Of a DNA stretch of 64,000 nt, positions 1-9,167 are shown one piece after another. Source of the DNA: an uncultured Planctomycetota bacterium. GTDB taxonomy: Bacteria; Planctomycetota; Planctomycetia; Isosphaerales; Isosphaeraceae. The stretch lies in assembly GCA_963823665.1 (NCBI GenBank), contig CAWGMQ010000004.1:2496001-2560000 (forward strand). The letters run 5' to 3'. Position 1 is the first letter of the stretch; each line of letters starts with the position of its first letter. Under the pieces are notes generated by a model. That model did not search any database. It was not told where the DNA came from and worked only from the letters and a program-made list of their open reading frames with translations. A program made the translations under genes and the position numbers.

Positions 1-260
1 GGGCTGCTGTCGAGCAAGTCGGACGAAACTGAGCGCTGTCCGGCTTCGTCGGCATCAAGAATCTACCGTCGTCGGATATTGGCCGGGAGTTCGGTGGCGA
101 TACCCGCGAATTGGGACCGTCGTCGAATCAGCGCCGGTCTGAGAGTAACGACTCAAGTTATTCTTAAGGAGATGTTTACGATCAACTCTCGCAGTTCGAG
201 ATTCTCAAGGCGGCGGGTTACTTACCCGCGTCTGTATTAGACGTAAACAATTGAAATAAA

Positions 261-473
261 ATGAGTTACAACACAAGAAGTGGAGGCGGCGGGAATTGCA
301 CCCGCGGCCCAATTTCCACAATTCTCTGTGCCACTTGTGGTTATGAAATGCGACCACAGGGCTGGCCGGAGCATGGCCGGGAGTACGAGGCACTCCGCGA
401 GCTGGTCGCAAACTGGCACCGCCTGACGGCTTCTGTCAGAACTGCCATCCTGGATCTGGCGCGTCCCTGCTGA
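261..473 (+). CDS. Small hypothetical protein overlapping the att site (CxxC ... LRELVANWHRL...AILDL); start uncertain
   Basis: ORF track. Resembles short ORFs often seen beside tRNA/tmRNA fragments in planctomycetes (from recollection, not searched). Confidence 0.3.
   Translation: MSYNTRSGGGGNCTRGPISTILCATCGYEMRPQGWPEHGREYEALRELVANWHRLTASVRTAILDLARPC
278..305 (-). repeat. att-like direct repeat, copy 1 (tmRNA 3'-end fragment: T-arm plus acceptor strand)
   Basis: AAGTGGAGGCGGCGGGAATTGCACCCGC is identical to 11665-11692. Its reverse complement GCGGG-TGCAATT-CCCGC-CGCCTCCA matches the tmRNA T-arm/acceptor pattern. Confidence 0.85.
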
Positions 474-722
474 CGGTCCGCGGAACGACGACTGCTCGGA
501 GTTGACCGGCGCATTGCTTTTTCGCGTCGCGCCGCGGGGTGGGTACACATCCCCAAGGCGATCAAGCGGTTGGTGCACGTTCACGAGACCTGGACATGCA
601 GGACGGGCGGGCCAGGGCGGGAAGCAACTGGGTGCACGGAAAAGCCAAGAATCGGATTCCAAGAAGTGAACCTGGAAAAGTAAAATAACAGGCGACTCTT
701 CGAGTATCGGGAGGGGACGGCG

Positions 723-935
723 ATGAATGACTTGACCTCGGAATCCCTTGCCAAACGAGTCGCGGCTTTGGAGAAGGAAATGGCGACGAAGCGGCTCGAC
801 CAATCTCGCAAGGATTGGCGCAAGGTCGTCGGCATGTTCCGCGACAGCGAATTCATGCGCAAAGTCGACGAGGAATGCCTGCGCGTCCGTGAGGCCGAAC
901 GGGAGGCGGCGCGGCGCGGAGAATTGGCCGAATGA
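723..935 (+). CDS. Putative antitoxin (70 aa)
   Basis: GGAGGGG RBS; DWRKVVGMF motif; its stop overlaps (ATGA) the start of a PIN-type toxin. Confidence 0.6.
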   Translation: MNDLTSESLAKRVAALEKEMATKRLDQSRKDWRKVVGMFRDSEFMRKVDEECLRVREAEREAARRGELAE

Positions 936-1057
936 TTCTCCTTGACACGGACCATAAAACGCTCTTGAAATACCCGGACAGTGAACGTGGCCGGCGCATG
1001 ATTGATCGACTCAACGCGGTGTCGGCTTCCGAGGTCATCGGTGTGGCAATTAATTGA
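932..1057 (+). pseudogene. Truncated VapC/PIN toxin (41 aa)
   Basis: Translates MILLDTDHKTLLKYP..., a PIN N-terminal LDTD motif, then stops ~30 bp before the convergent csx3 end. Confidence 0.65.
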
Positions 1058-1088
1058 AAATAGGTCTGAACCCGGGAATTCCTGGTAA

Positions 1089-1376
1089 CTAGGTCTGTCG
1101 GGGACGGAAATCGATATCAATCACCTGGCCTTCGCGCCAATTAGGGTGGTGCGATGCGACGACGACAGCACCGAGCCGGGGGTCAAAAACGGCAATCGCT
1201 CCGGCCGGCGATCCGTGCAGGCGGTGAAATGCCATGCCGTAACGCCAGACAGGGGCGCGGCCTTCGATGACAACCATTACCCCACGGGGAATCTCCGGCA
1301 GGGGCGGCAGCGGTTCGGCGGGAGTGATTGGCTGATTGACGCCGATGGAGTAGAACACGAGATCGTTCATGGTCAC
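1089..1376 (-). CDS. csx3: CRISPR ring nuclease Csx3/Crn3
   Basis: VVIEGRAPVWRY...H...AVFDPRLGAVVVASH signature; last gene of the cmr operon. Confidence 0.9.
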   Translation of the reverse strand: MTMNDLVFYSIGVNQPITPAEPLPPLPEIPRGVMVVIEGRAPVWRYGMAFHRLHGSPAGAIAVFDPRLGAVVVASHHPNWREGQVIDIDFRPRQT

Positions 1377-1382
1377 CGCCTG

Positions 1383-2552
1383 CTACGATTTGGGTCCATC
1401 CAGAATAACCTCGCGAACCGTTTCGGCGTCGTCCGCACGCAAGGCCAGCTCGCGTATCTGATCGCCGATCAAGATTCGGCACTGGTAGATGTCGGCTCGC
1501 ACCTGGAGTGATTCCTTCACCTTGTCCTCCTTGCCAAGCAAATTCGTTGCGGTCGTCGCCAGAAACGATCGGACCCGCAAGGCACGGAACTGGCGAGTGA
1601 CCGCTTCGATCTTGTAAAGGATATCCGCACCGGGATCATGGTCTTGTGATCCGGACTTGCATTCGATCATCGACAATCCGTGATTATGCATGAACGCCAC
1701 GTCGAAGTCGTTACCCGATGGGTCGCCGCATCGACCGACTTCCAAGCCGAGTCGGACGTCCCAAATTCCGAGCGAGTCAGAATGCCTCACCAGAAGAGTC
1801 CAGAAGAACACCTCCAACCAACCGCCTGTGAGGAATTCGACCTCATACTTGGTCAGTTTTCTGGTCGGCACGCCGTCGAGCCAGATCTTTCGAAGTTCGT
1901 CTTTCGCTTCACCTGGAAAACGAAACTTCTCCGCTGATAACTCGACGCCCTTTTCGCGTGCTTTTCGTCGCTCGTCATCGTTGAGTGACAGAATCTCGCG
2001 ATCGGTTGCGTGTTGCGCCAGGAGTTCGGCGGAGCGTGCCCCCTCAACCGCACGCCGTTCCGCCTCTGCCATCTTGTCGTCGGCTTTCCTCGACTCGAAG
2101 CCGTAACCCGCGAGGAACTCCTTGATCGAAAGCCTGTGGCTGCACTCTTGCGTTTCGCCGCTCTCGATGTCGATCAGAGATGCGGGCCGCACCACATTGG
2201 TATAGATCAAGTTGCCGCCAAGGGCCTTGAAAAACTCGTGGGTCGCGATGCTCATGGGCTTGGTGCCGCCAGTGAGATTGGCAATCCATTCAGCGGAGGG
2301 GAACTTGCCGTAGGCTCGCTGCAATGCCTGCCGCACAGCGGTGAGGTTGTCCTCGGCGGCGAGCGGCTCGATATGGTGTCGCGAGCCATAATCCAGATCG
2401 CCGTGTTTGAGCGCCTTCAAAAAATGGCTTGCCACTTCACGCTTCTTCATGTGATCCGACTCGAGCAATACGAGTTGATCAGGCTTGTAGTGATGCACCG
2501 AGAGCAGGTTCGGCACGTGCTGGTCGGAAAGGAGGCAGAATAGAACCTTCAT
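1383..2552 (-). CDS. CARF plus PD-(D/E)xK nuclease effector (Card1/Can2, DUF1887-like), 389 aa
   Basis: Start MKVLFCLLSDQHVPN; CARF motif NLTGGTKPM; nuclease motifs GGWLE...NDFDV...IECKSG. Confidence 0.85.
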   Translation of the reverse strand: MKVLFCLLSDQHVPNLLSVHHYKPDQLVLLESDHMKKREVASHFLKALKHGDLDYGSRHHIEPLAAEDNLTAVRQALQRAYGKFPSAEWIANLTGGTKPMSIATHEFFKALGGNLIYTNVVRPASLIDIESGETQECSHRLSIKEFLAGYGFESRKADDKMAEAERRAVEGARSAELLAQHATDREILSLNDDERRKAREKGVELSAEKFRFPGEAKDELRKIWLDGVPTRKLTKYEVEFLTGGWLEVFFWTLLVRHSDSLGIWDVRLGLEVGRCGDPSGNDFDVAFMHNHGLSMIECKSGSQDHDPGADILYKIEAVTRQFRALRVRSFLATTATNLLGKEDKVKESLQVRADIYQCRILIGDQIRELALRADDAETVREVILDGPKS

Positions 2553-2563
2553 CGATTGTCCCA

Positions 2564-3595
2564 CTACTTCTTTGATGGCTGTGGCCACTTGTACTGCGGC
2601 CTTTTTGGCTCGTCGACATGAACCAAGACATCCACGATGGCGCCAGGGATCGTGTCGATGCCCGAGGTCGGGGTGCCAACTGTGAGAGATCCTAGAGCAC
2701 GTCCCGGCTCGATATCCTGAACCTCGAAGCCGCCCTTGGGCCGTGAGGCGATGATCCGCACCTTGGCCTTTGCTCCGGAGGCTCGCTTCTTCGGCGGCGG
2801 CGGTGGAGGCGGGGGCGGAGGAAGGATGAGCCGCCCATAGCCACTTGTCGTCTTTCCGCCAATTCCCCACGCATCGAGAGCGTCGCACAGGAGCGAGAGA
2901 GCCAATTCCGACCAATTCTTGGCCTTGTTGCTCGTGGGCCCATGCCAGGACACGGCGACGCGAAACTCCCCCGTCACCGATAAGAACGGGATCGGGATCG
3001 GACTGTCGAAATCGGTCGGTGCGACGGAACCGTCCAGCCATTTCGGGTGGTGAGGCGTCATCACGTCCAATCTCAATGGCTCCGGTGACTTGGGCGTCAG
3101 CCACGCGTCGTGGAAGGTAATGCAGCCACTGTCGTCGGTCATGCCGAAGAGCAGTCGGTGATACATTCCTCCTTTCTTGAACTTTTCCTCCGTTGGCCCC
3201 CAGACCTGATCGCAATAGTGGGTCGCCAGGCCCTTGAGCGCCGAACCGGGTATGATCGGCATCCCGTAGGTGTGATGGAGACGGATGCCGGTTTCGATAA
3301 TGTTTTCCGAACCGAGGCCGACGATGAGGCGGCCCTGAGTTGTGAGGTCAATCGGCGCGGGATCCTTCGGAAGAAACGCCGACCAGCGGGTGAACGCGGC
3401 CTCGTAGAGGCCAATGAGATCACCGTCGCTCGCGGACTTGATCGCGGCATCGAGTATCTGTCGCTTGTGTTCGGGCTTTCCCTGATCGCCCGCGGCCGAT
3501 TCGTGCAGATATCGCTGGAGTAACAGTCCCGGATGCGAATCGTATTTGCCACGGTTTGGCATCAACGGGAGGAGCTGGTCGCGGATGGCGTTCAA
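2564..3595 (-). CDS. cmr6: Type III-B RAMP Cmr6 with a Pro-linker and C-terminal extension
   Basis: RLIVGLG...GMPIIPGSALKG...DVMTPHH...GIGGKTTSGYG; TTG start overlaps the cmr5 stop. Confidence 0.92.
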   Translation of the reverse strand: MNAIRDQLLPLMPNRGKYDSHPGLLLQRYLHESAAGDQGKPEHKRQILDAAIKSASDGDLIGLYEAAFTRWSAFLPKDPAPIDLTTQGRLIVGLGSENIIETGIRLHHTYGMPIIPGSALKGLATHYCDQVWGPTEEKFKKGGMYHRLLFGMTDDSGCITFHDAWLTPKSPEPLRLDVMTPHHPKWLDGSVAPTDFDSPIPIPFLSVTGEFRVAVSWHGPTSNKAKNWSELALSLLCDALDAWGIGGKTTSGYGRLILPPPPPPPPPPKKRASGAKAKVRIIASRPKGGFEVQDIEPGRALGSLTVGTPTSGIDTIPGAIVDVLVHVDEPKRPQYKWPQPSKK

Positions 3596-3981
3596 GATTC
3601 GCCCTCCGTCGTATCGTCCGGCGTCGCGGCCTCTACGTATCTCTTCAGCCAGCTCGCGGCGTTGATGGCATCTCGGCTGAGGCGAAGGTAGCCTGTCAAC
3701 TGTTGTGTCCGCGCGTGCTGGTCGAGCGAGTCTTGTCCGGTCATCTCGGAATGATCGGCTGCCCTCAGAACCTCTGTCAAATCGGCGATATAGTTCGCCT
3801 GCTTTTTGGCCCGCGCAAACGCCACCGCCTGGGCCAGGCCGCAAGTGTGGATCAGAGCCGGAAACTTCTTGGCGAAACTGACATACTCCTTATCTGGATT
3901 CTTCCGCCCGCTGTTGGTGTGCAAGGCGATTCTCGCATAGGCGGCTTGCGCGAGCTTCTGACTTCGAGTGTGAACGCTCAT
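3592..3981 (-). CDS. cmr5: Type III-B small subunit Cmr5
   Basis: FPALIHTCGLAQAVAF...WLKRY motif; located between cmr4 and cmr6. Confidence 0.9.
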   Translation of the reverse strand: MSVHTRSQKLAQAAYARIALHTNSGRKNPDKEYVSFAKKFPALIHTCGLAQAVAFARAKKQANYIADLTEVLRAADHSEMTGQDSLDQHARTQQLTGYLRLSRDAINAASWLKRYVEAATPDDTTEGES

Positions 3982-4874
3982 GCCTGCGCCTCCGTGAAGA
4001 CGCAGCGGACTTGCCCGCGGCCGACGGTCGCTTTGCCGCCGATCTGGAGCGTGAGCGGGTCTTTGGCGAACCGATCGAGCAGCCCTGTCGGAGTGATGTC
4101 TTCGCCGTCACGCCCGAAAACCCGATCGCATTGGACGACGCCGGATAGGATTGTCTCGGCCGGTATCGATTCCTCGGTCCACAATGCCCCTTTCGCCACG
4201 ACTTTCAACTCGTCGTCGATCCTCACGCGCGTATGCACCTCGGTCCCGGTCTCGCAGAGGAAGTCGAAAGCGCTGTCAGGCAGCACGACGAACCGCCTCT
4301 TGAATTGCTCTTGCCAGGCGCTGTCGTCGGGGAATACCCAGGCGGCGATTTTCGCGGCCCACGCCGTCGCGATCGGACATGGTCTTGCATCGAAATCCAG
4401 GTCTTCAAGATAGACACGCTTCTCTTCCGTGAGCGCTGTCTTCGTGTTGCCCTCGTCGAAATGGTGGGCGTTCGTGTCTGCCAGACTCGAAGGGGCCTCG
4501 GGGAGATCAGGCACGCCGGCCAGGTCGAGCGTCCGCCTCAGCGTGTGCAAGCACAGCGCTGACGTGGTCCAGGCGAAGGTGCCGCGGAAGCTCCGAACCG
4601 GCAGACAGACAAGATGCGCATCCGTTGGGATCAGCGCACCGGAGTTCGCTGATTCGCCTTCCTGATCGGCGCGGCCGAAAGCCTGCTGGACGTTCGCCAG
4701 TTTCTGTTGAACAGCCCAATCGCGCCAGACCCCCTTGAACGACGATCCCCGGATGATCGGCCAGCCTGTCACGCCGTCGCGGTCGATCGGAAGGTCGATG
4801 TACCCAACGCCCCGGCCGATCCCGGCATGGGTGGGACTGAGGGCATGAAGCCAGTAAATCCGCGTACCCATCAT
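3978..4874 (-). CDS. cmr4: Type III-B RAMP Cmr4 (target-RNA-cleaving subunit)
   Basis: THAGIG..G.IDLPIDRD (catalytic Asp present), GALWTEE, QIGGKATVGRG. Confidence 0.95.
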   Translation of the reverse strand: MMGTRIYWLHALSPTHAGIGRGVGYIDLPIDRDGVTGWPIIRGSSFKGVWRDWAVQQKLANVQQAFGRADQEGESANSGALIPTDAHLVCLPVRSFRGTFAWTTSALCLHTLRRTLDLAGVPDLPEAPSSLADTNAHHFDEGNTKTALTEEKRVYLEDLDFDARPCPIATAWAAKIAAWVFPDDSAWQEQFKRRFVVLPDSAFDFLCETGTEVHTRVRIDDELKVVAKGALWTEESIPAETILSGVVQCDRVFGRDGEDITPTGLLDRFAKDPLTLQIGGKATVGRGQVRCVFTEAQA

Positions 4875-4900
4875 GATAAGTTCCCGTGATGTACTCGTGC

Positions 4901-6133
4901 CTACCAGGTTCCCCAAAGGGATAGTCCGAAGCCGTCGCGGCAGTCGTGAGGTGCGTCGCTAACAGGCTTTAGCCAGCCGTTAGTGGCCAGGATGCGCGAA
5001 TCACCATCGACTTTCTCGAAGAAGTAAACGCCGCCGGCCGGCACCATTCCGCGAATCGCTTTTGGGCCAGGTCGATCCTGAGGAACGACGCGGCGGCGGC
5101 CGTCTTCCTCGGCGTGCGGTGCATAAGCCCAGCCGGAAACCGCACGCCAGCGCGCAATGCAGACACCCACCAGCTTAAGCGTCGGCCCATCGCCCAGCGG
5201 CTTGCCGATCAGCGTGGTTCCGTCCAACCAGCCTGGCCGCCAGCCGTGCTCGAAGATGGCCGGCGTGGCAAGCACCATGCGAATTCTGCTCGCGTTTTGA
5301 AGCGCCGATTTAACGGTTTCTGAGCACTTCCAGACGGCCACTGAATCGTCGCGTTGCCAGTGAACAAGGCGTCGCTCGCCGCCCAGCGGGTGCCAGGTGC
5401 TGAGTTTGTCCACGTGCTGGAACGCTCGCTCCGCGATCGTTACCCGAGCCGAAAGCGTAATCTCGGCGAACCGGTCGCCCAATGGGAGTTTCTGGTCATC
5501 CGACTTCACGCCATGCCGAGGCAACTGTGCCACGTTCAATCCTGCCGTGGAGAAGATTTGGCCTTCCGCGGCCGCTCCCCTGTCAGCGTCGAGACAGACG
5601 TGATCGCGGATTTCTTGGAGCCCGGCATTGAGGAATTCCCGATCGAATGCCACCGGCTCGCCAACAAGCCATTTGGCAATCTCTCGGGCCGGCCACCACG
5701 CTGGAATTGGCTTCGGCTTGAAATCTTCCTCGGCTTGATCTTCAGTGAGCATTACGGGGTGTAGGCGCAAACCGTCGGGGAAGTCGCACCCGGTGAAACT
5801 CGGTTGCGGGGTCAGACGATGTACTGCCTTGACCGCCCTGCCGTCCTCGGTCGGCTCGGCGACGGCGTCGCTCGGCGCGGGCAGATACAACTCCTGGCCG
5901 ACCCTCGGAAACAGGCCGGCCACCTCAACGCGAAGCACGTCGAGCGGCGTGTTTCTCGTGAAATCGAGCGCCGCATTCGCCTTCACGAGCGCCGTGCGGA
6001 AGGACCCGGCTACTACAGACGGCAATGGCCAGCTAAGGCCGCGCATGCGGTTGCCCTGGCCGATTCCAAAAGGACGCCCATCGCGCGCGATGATCGGGTC
6101 GTGGGCCGTCAGTTGCAATGTGGTGACGCTCAT
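4901..6133 (-). CDS. cmr3: Type III-B Cmr3
   Basis: DPIIARDGRPF, LGGERR, LATPAIF, VPAGGVYFF, DGFG. Confidence 0.92.
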   Translation of the reverse strand: MSVTTLQLTAHDPIIARDGRPFGIGQGNRMRGLSWPLPSVVAGSFRTALVKANAALDFTRNTPLDVLRVEVAGLFPRVGQELYLPAPSDAVAEPTEDGRAVKAVHRLTPQPSFTGCDFPDGLRLHPVMLTEDQAEEDFKPKPIPAWWPAREIAKWLVGEPVAFDREFLNAGLQEIRDHVCLDADRGAAAEGQIFSTAGLNVAQLPRHGVKSDDQKLPLGDRFAEITLSARVTIAERAFQHVDKLSTWHPLGGERRLVHWQRDDSVAVWKCSETVKSALQNASRIRMVLATPAIFEHGWRPGWLDGTTLIGKPLGDGPTLKLVGVCIARWRAVSGWAYAPHAEEDGRRRVVPQDRPGPKAIRGMVPAGGVYFFEKVDGDSRILATNGWLKPVSDAPHDCRDGFGLSLWGTW

Positions 6134-7851
6134 GTCGCCGCCTCCAAAACGGGAGGCGGAAGCTCTCCCGCTTGCCGCAAGGCCGCGTCAATCTGACGGG
6201 CAACGAGCAGTTCCTCCGCCAAACCCAACAGCTTCGCCGAATTCATCTCATTGAGATAGCCGTCAAGTGCCTGCCGCACCGTATCGACCCCGCGCGACTG
6301 CTTTTTGGCGATCAACCGAATCAAGTCCATCCTGATCGCACTATCCGCGTGCTGTTGCCACGGTTCGTACAGTCTGGCCATGGTGCGCAATTCGTAAGGC
6401 AGCTTCGTGGGAATGATGCCCTTGTTCATCAACTCGGCGAACTTGGCCAATCGCACATCAGGATTGTCGCTCCACCGGCCCCGCATGCGAATCGGCGCGC
6501 CGCCGCGCTTATGTAAGTGCACGGCCAATCCATCGCGATCGGGCTCCTTGGCCGCTTTTTCAGCCGCTCGCCCGTAGCCGAGAAGGTCTTCCAGGTTCTC
6601 CATGAAGTGGCCGATCGCGATGCCAACGGAGAGAGTTGGAGGCGTCCCTTCCTCGTTCTTGTAATGGTTCAACGATTCGCCGAATTTATCGTATAGTTCT
6701 CTCGCGCATTGCAGGCACTTGTCCACGGGCAGGAACGCCAGCACGTCGTCGCCGCCGGCGTAGACGAGCACACCATTGTGGTCGTTGACGATTTTCTTCG
6801 CTTCGTCCGCGAACCCGGCCAGGGCCATGGAGAACTCGCGATGCTTTTCTGGTGAGCTCAAAGCGGAAATGGCGGCTCCCATCTTGTCGCCATCGGCCAC
6901 GAGGATGGCGAGATAGGGATTGGGGTCGCCACCAGCGTCCATCAGAGCCTCGGCGATTTCATTGAGATCTGTGTCGCGCAGCCCGAGTTCTTTTTTCAAA
7001 TCGGCGTGCCGATCCTTGTAGATGATCGAGCCTTCATATGGGAAATACTGATACTTTTCTTCCTGGACAGTGTTCAGTCCTTTGGACACGAGCTTTTGAC
7101 ACGCATTCTTCAATCGCGCGAGTTTGTCGCGATCCCGGGTTTGAACGCCTTGCAGCCATGTCTCGGCCGCGACTCGGGCGACCGAGGAATATCGTGGATT
7201 GCTTTGCCCTTGTTCTTTGCCGAGCCGCTTCGTAACCCCAACGACGTCAAGTTGTTCGCCGGGTGAGAGTCGAAGCTTCCTGGGCCAGTGGTCACGGTAG
7301 GTCTCTCGCGATTCTCCTGGCTTCGGTCCGACGAGCACAGTTGGGCGTTGCCCATCGAGCGACGACTTGGGGAGCCCAGCGTCATTGAAGCCAGGCTGCT
7401 TGAAATCGCGGCAGTTCTTCCGGCCAGCCAGCAAACGCATCAGTGTTTTGCGATCCTTGGAGTAGCTGCCCGACCCTTTGACCCACGCCGCATAGAACTC
7501 GATAACGTCATCTACCTGATCGCTCCAGATCTCGGGACGAATCACACCAGGCGTCTCTTGCCGGGCCTCCTCGGCGAACATGCGCCAGCATTGCTGGGCT
7601 GATTGCTTGGCCGCCGCGGCCACGTCCTTGGGTTCACCGGTGGGCAACTCGCCCACGACGACGTTGGCAATGCTCCCGGCATGCGACGACGCGGGAAAGA
7701 TCAATCGGCCGTCCCCCTGCTCGACCCTTTTCGCCACGGCCCGGCTAATCTCCGAGAGCAGATACGAGCCGAACCACAGATCGCGCGTCCGCCGCGCCGC
7801 CGCGATAAATTCCTGCACCGGGCCGACGGAGATCGCAATAAGGTGGCTCAT
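6130..7851 (-). CDS. cas10: Cas10/Cmr2 (573 aa, no HD domain, intact GGDD)
   Basis: Begins ISVGPVQEFIAAARRTRDLWFGSYLLS; ADGDKMG and YAGGDD palm motifs. Confidence 0.95.
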   Translation of the reverse strand: MSHLIAISVGPVQEFIAAARRTRDLWFGSYLLSEISRAVAKRVEQGDGRLIFPASSHAGSIANVVVGELPTGEPKDVAAAAKQSAQQCWRMFAEEARQETPGVIRPEIWSDQVDDVIEFYAAWVKGSGSYSKDRKTLMRLLAGRKNCRDFKQPGFNDAGLPKSSLDGQRPTVLVGPKPGESRETYRDHWPRKLRLSPGEQLDVVGVTKRLGKEQGQSNPRYSSVARVAAETWLQGVQTRDRDKLARLKNACQKLVSKGLNTVQEEKYQYFPYEGSIIYKDRHADLKKELGLRDTDLNEIAEALMDAGGDPNPYLAILVADGDKMGAAISALSSPEKHREFSMALAGFADEAKKIVNDHNGVLVYAGGDDVLAFLPVDKCLQCARELYDKFGESLNHYKNEEGTPPTLSVGIAIGHFMENLEDLLGYGRAAEKAAKEPDRDGLAVHLHKRGGAPIRMRGRWSDNPDVRLAKFAELMNKGIIPTKLPYELRTMARLYEPWQQHADSAIRMDLIRLIAKKQSRGVDTVRQALDGYLNEMNSAKLLGLAEELLVARQIDAALRQAGELPPPVLEAAT

Positions 7852-9167
7852 CGGGGAACCTCAGAGAAACCTTCGTTTCGGGCAAACGCGAGAAACGCTT
7901 CGAGTGCTGAGCCATTGGGCGATCCGGCGAGTGGTGAATTTGGATAACTCGCCAACGTCGGGGCACTGATCGTTGCTGATGGCGGGACGGGAAGCGATTT
8001 GTCCCCGCGTCGTAGATCGACTCCACTTAACAATTCTGTCTTCAAACGCAAAATGAGCGGGATTGCGTTGCCGTCCTGCAAGACCAACGGCTTAAGAATC
8101 AGTGGACTCGCCATCCGTTCGCGTTTCTCGTCGTCGGGGCCCGCGGAGGGGTAGAGAACTGTGTCTTGCGGTTCTCCCTGTCCTTGGAAGTGAAATACGA
8201 TCGGCAAACCGAGCTCCGCGCGGGGGAACGCGTCATCGGGAATCTGCGAAACTCGAGCGTGTTGAGCCGAACGCTGGCCCGTGATCCGACGAATCGTCTC
8301 AGGCTCGGGATACCGTGATCGCCCCGGTCGGTTTGGCTGTTGTCCAGGATTGCGAGCGAACCCACCCCCTTGCCGGAAGTGCTTGAATCGTCCCATCAGC
8401 GAATCCCAAACCTGGATCGGATCACCGGCTGGTTCCGTTCTTCGGACTAGCGTCCACTCGCCAATTGTCGGCCATTCGCGGCCTTCTATCCGATGAGATG
8501 TGAATTGATTCAACTGTTCCGCGAAGTGGCCGTGATCGCGTGGAGCAAGTTCCTTGCAAAGAATCGCCCCGCAACCGCGGCGAGTCCGGGCGCCCAGGCC
8601 GCCGAAGTTGAGCCATGCCCAGAGCGCCGGCTCGACTTGCGGCCAAAGATCGTTTGGGCAGTGCAGGCTCAGGCGGAAGCTCGCCTTGCGTATGCAGGCG
8701 GCGGGCACGACCTCGATCTGTTCCCGTCCCTTTGCCAGTTGCCCCTGAAATGGGAACAAAGCGTAGGAAAGAGACGGCCGGTTGAACGGCTCGATCCAGG
8801 TTGGCGTTGATTTATATTTATGCGTTGTGCTGTCAACCTCGAACCTGGCACACGGCTCCGGTTTGCCAACCTGCAGATTCTCCACGAGCACCCGCACCCG
8901 GCTCGCTCGCTCGGTAGAGCCCCAGATTTTCGATTGGTTGGCCCGCAGTTCCTGCCGCGTCGCATACCGCGCCCCGACGGTCGCTCGCCACCAGAACTGC
9001 AATTGACCCCGAATCGCCGTGGGCCGAAGGGGAAAGCTCTGGTCAGTGACGCGCGTCTCGACGCCGCCCCCGAACATCGGCGTTATCAATTTGATGTCAA
9101 AGCTGCGCCCGCCGTCGACCGTGGGCTTCTTCCAGTCAATCGGAACGTCTGGTATCTCTCGCGGCAC
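7848..9167 (-). CDS. cmr1: Type III-B RAMP Cmr1
   Basis: ITPMFGGG, IRGQLQFWWRA, FGGLGARTRRGCG, RAELGLPIVF, RMASPL; GTG start with GGAGG RBS. Confidence 0.93.
   Translation of the reverse strand: MPREIPDVPIDWKKPTVDGGRSFDIKLITPMFGGGVETRVTDQSFPLRPTAIRGQLQFWWRATVGARYATRQELRANQSKIWGSTERASRVRVLVENLQVGKPEPCARFEVDSTTHKYKSTPTWIEPFNRPSLSYALFPFQGQLAKGREQIEVVPAACIRKASFRLSLHCPNDLWPQVEPALWAWLNFGGLGARTRRGCGAILCKELAPRDHGHFAEQLNQFTSHRIEGREWPTIGEWTLVRRTEPAGDPIQVWDSLMGRFKHFRQGGGFARNPGQQPNRPGRSRYPEPETIRRITGQRSAQHARVSQIPDDAFPRAELGLPIVFHFQGQGEPQDTVLYPSAGPDDEKRERMASPLILKPLVLQDGNAIPLILRLKTELLSGVDLRRGDKSLPVPPSATISAPTLASYPNSPLAGSPNGSALEAFLAFARNEGFSEVPR

Noticed and set aside
2525..2535. 11-nt match between the 11310-11345 spacer (reverse complement) and the start region of the Card1 gene
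   Set aside because: A match this short is expected by chance in 64 kb.
2553..3215. 610-aa version of the CARF nuclease ORF
   Set aside because: The extension overlaps cmr6 in another frame; the real start is ATG 2552.
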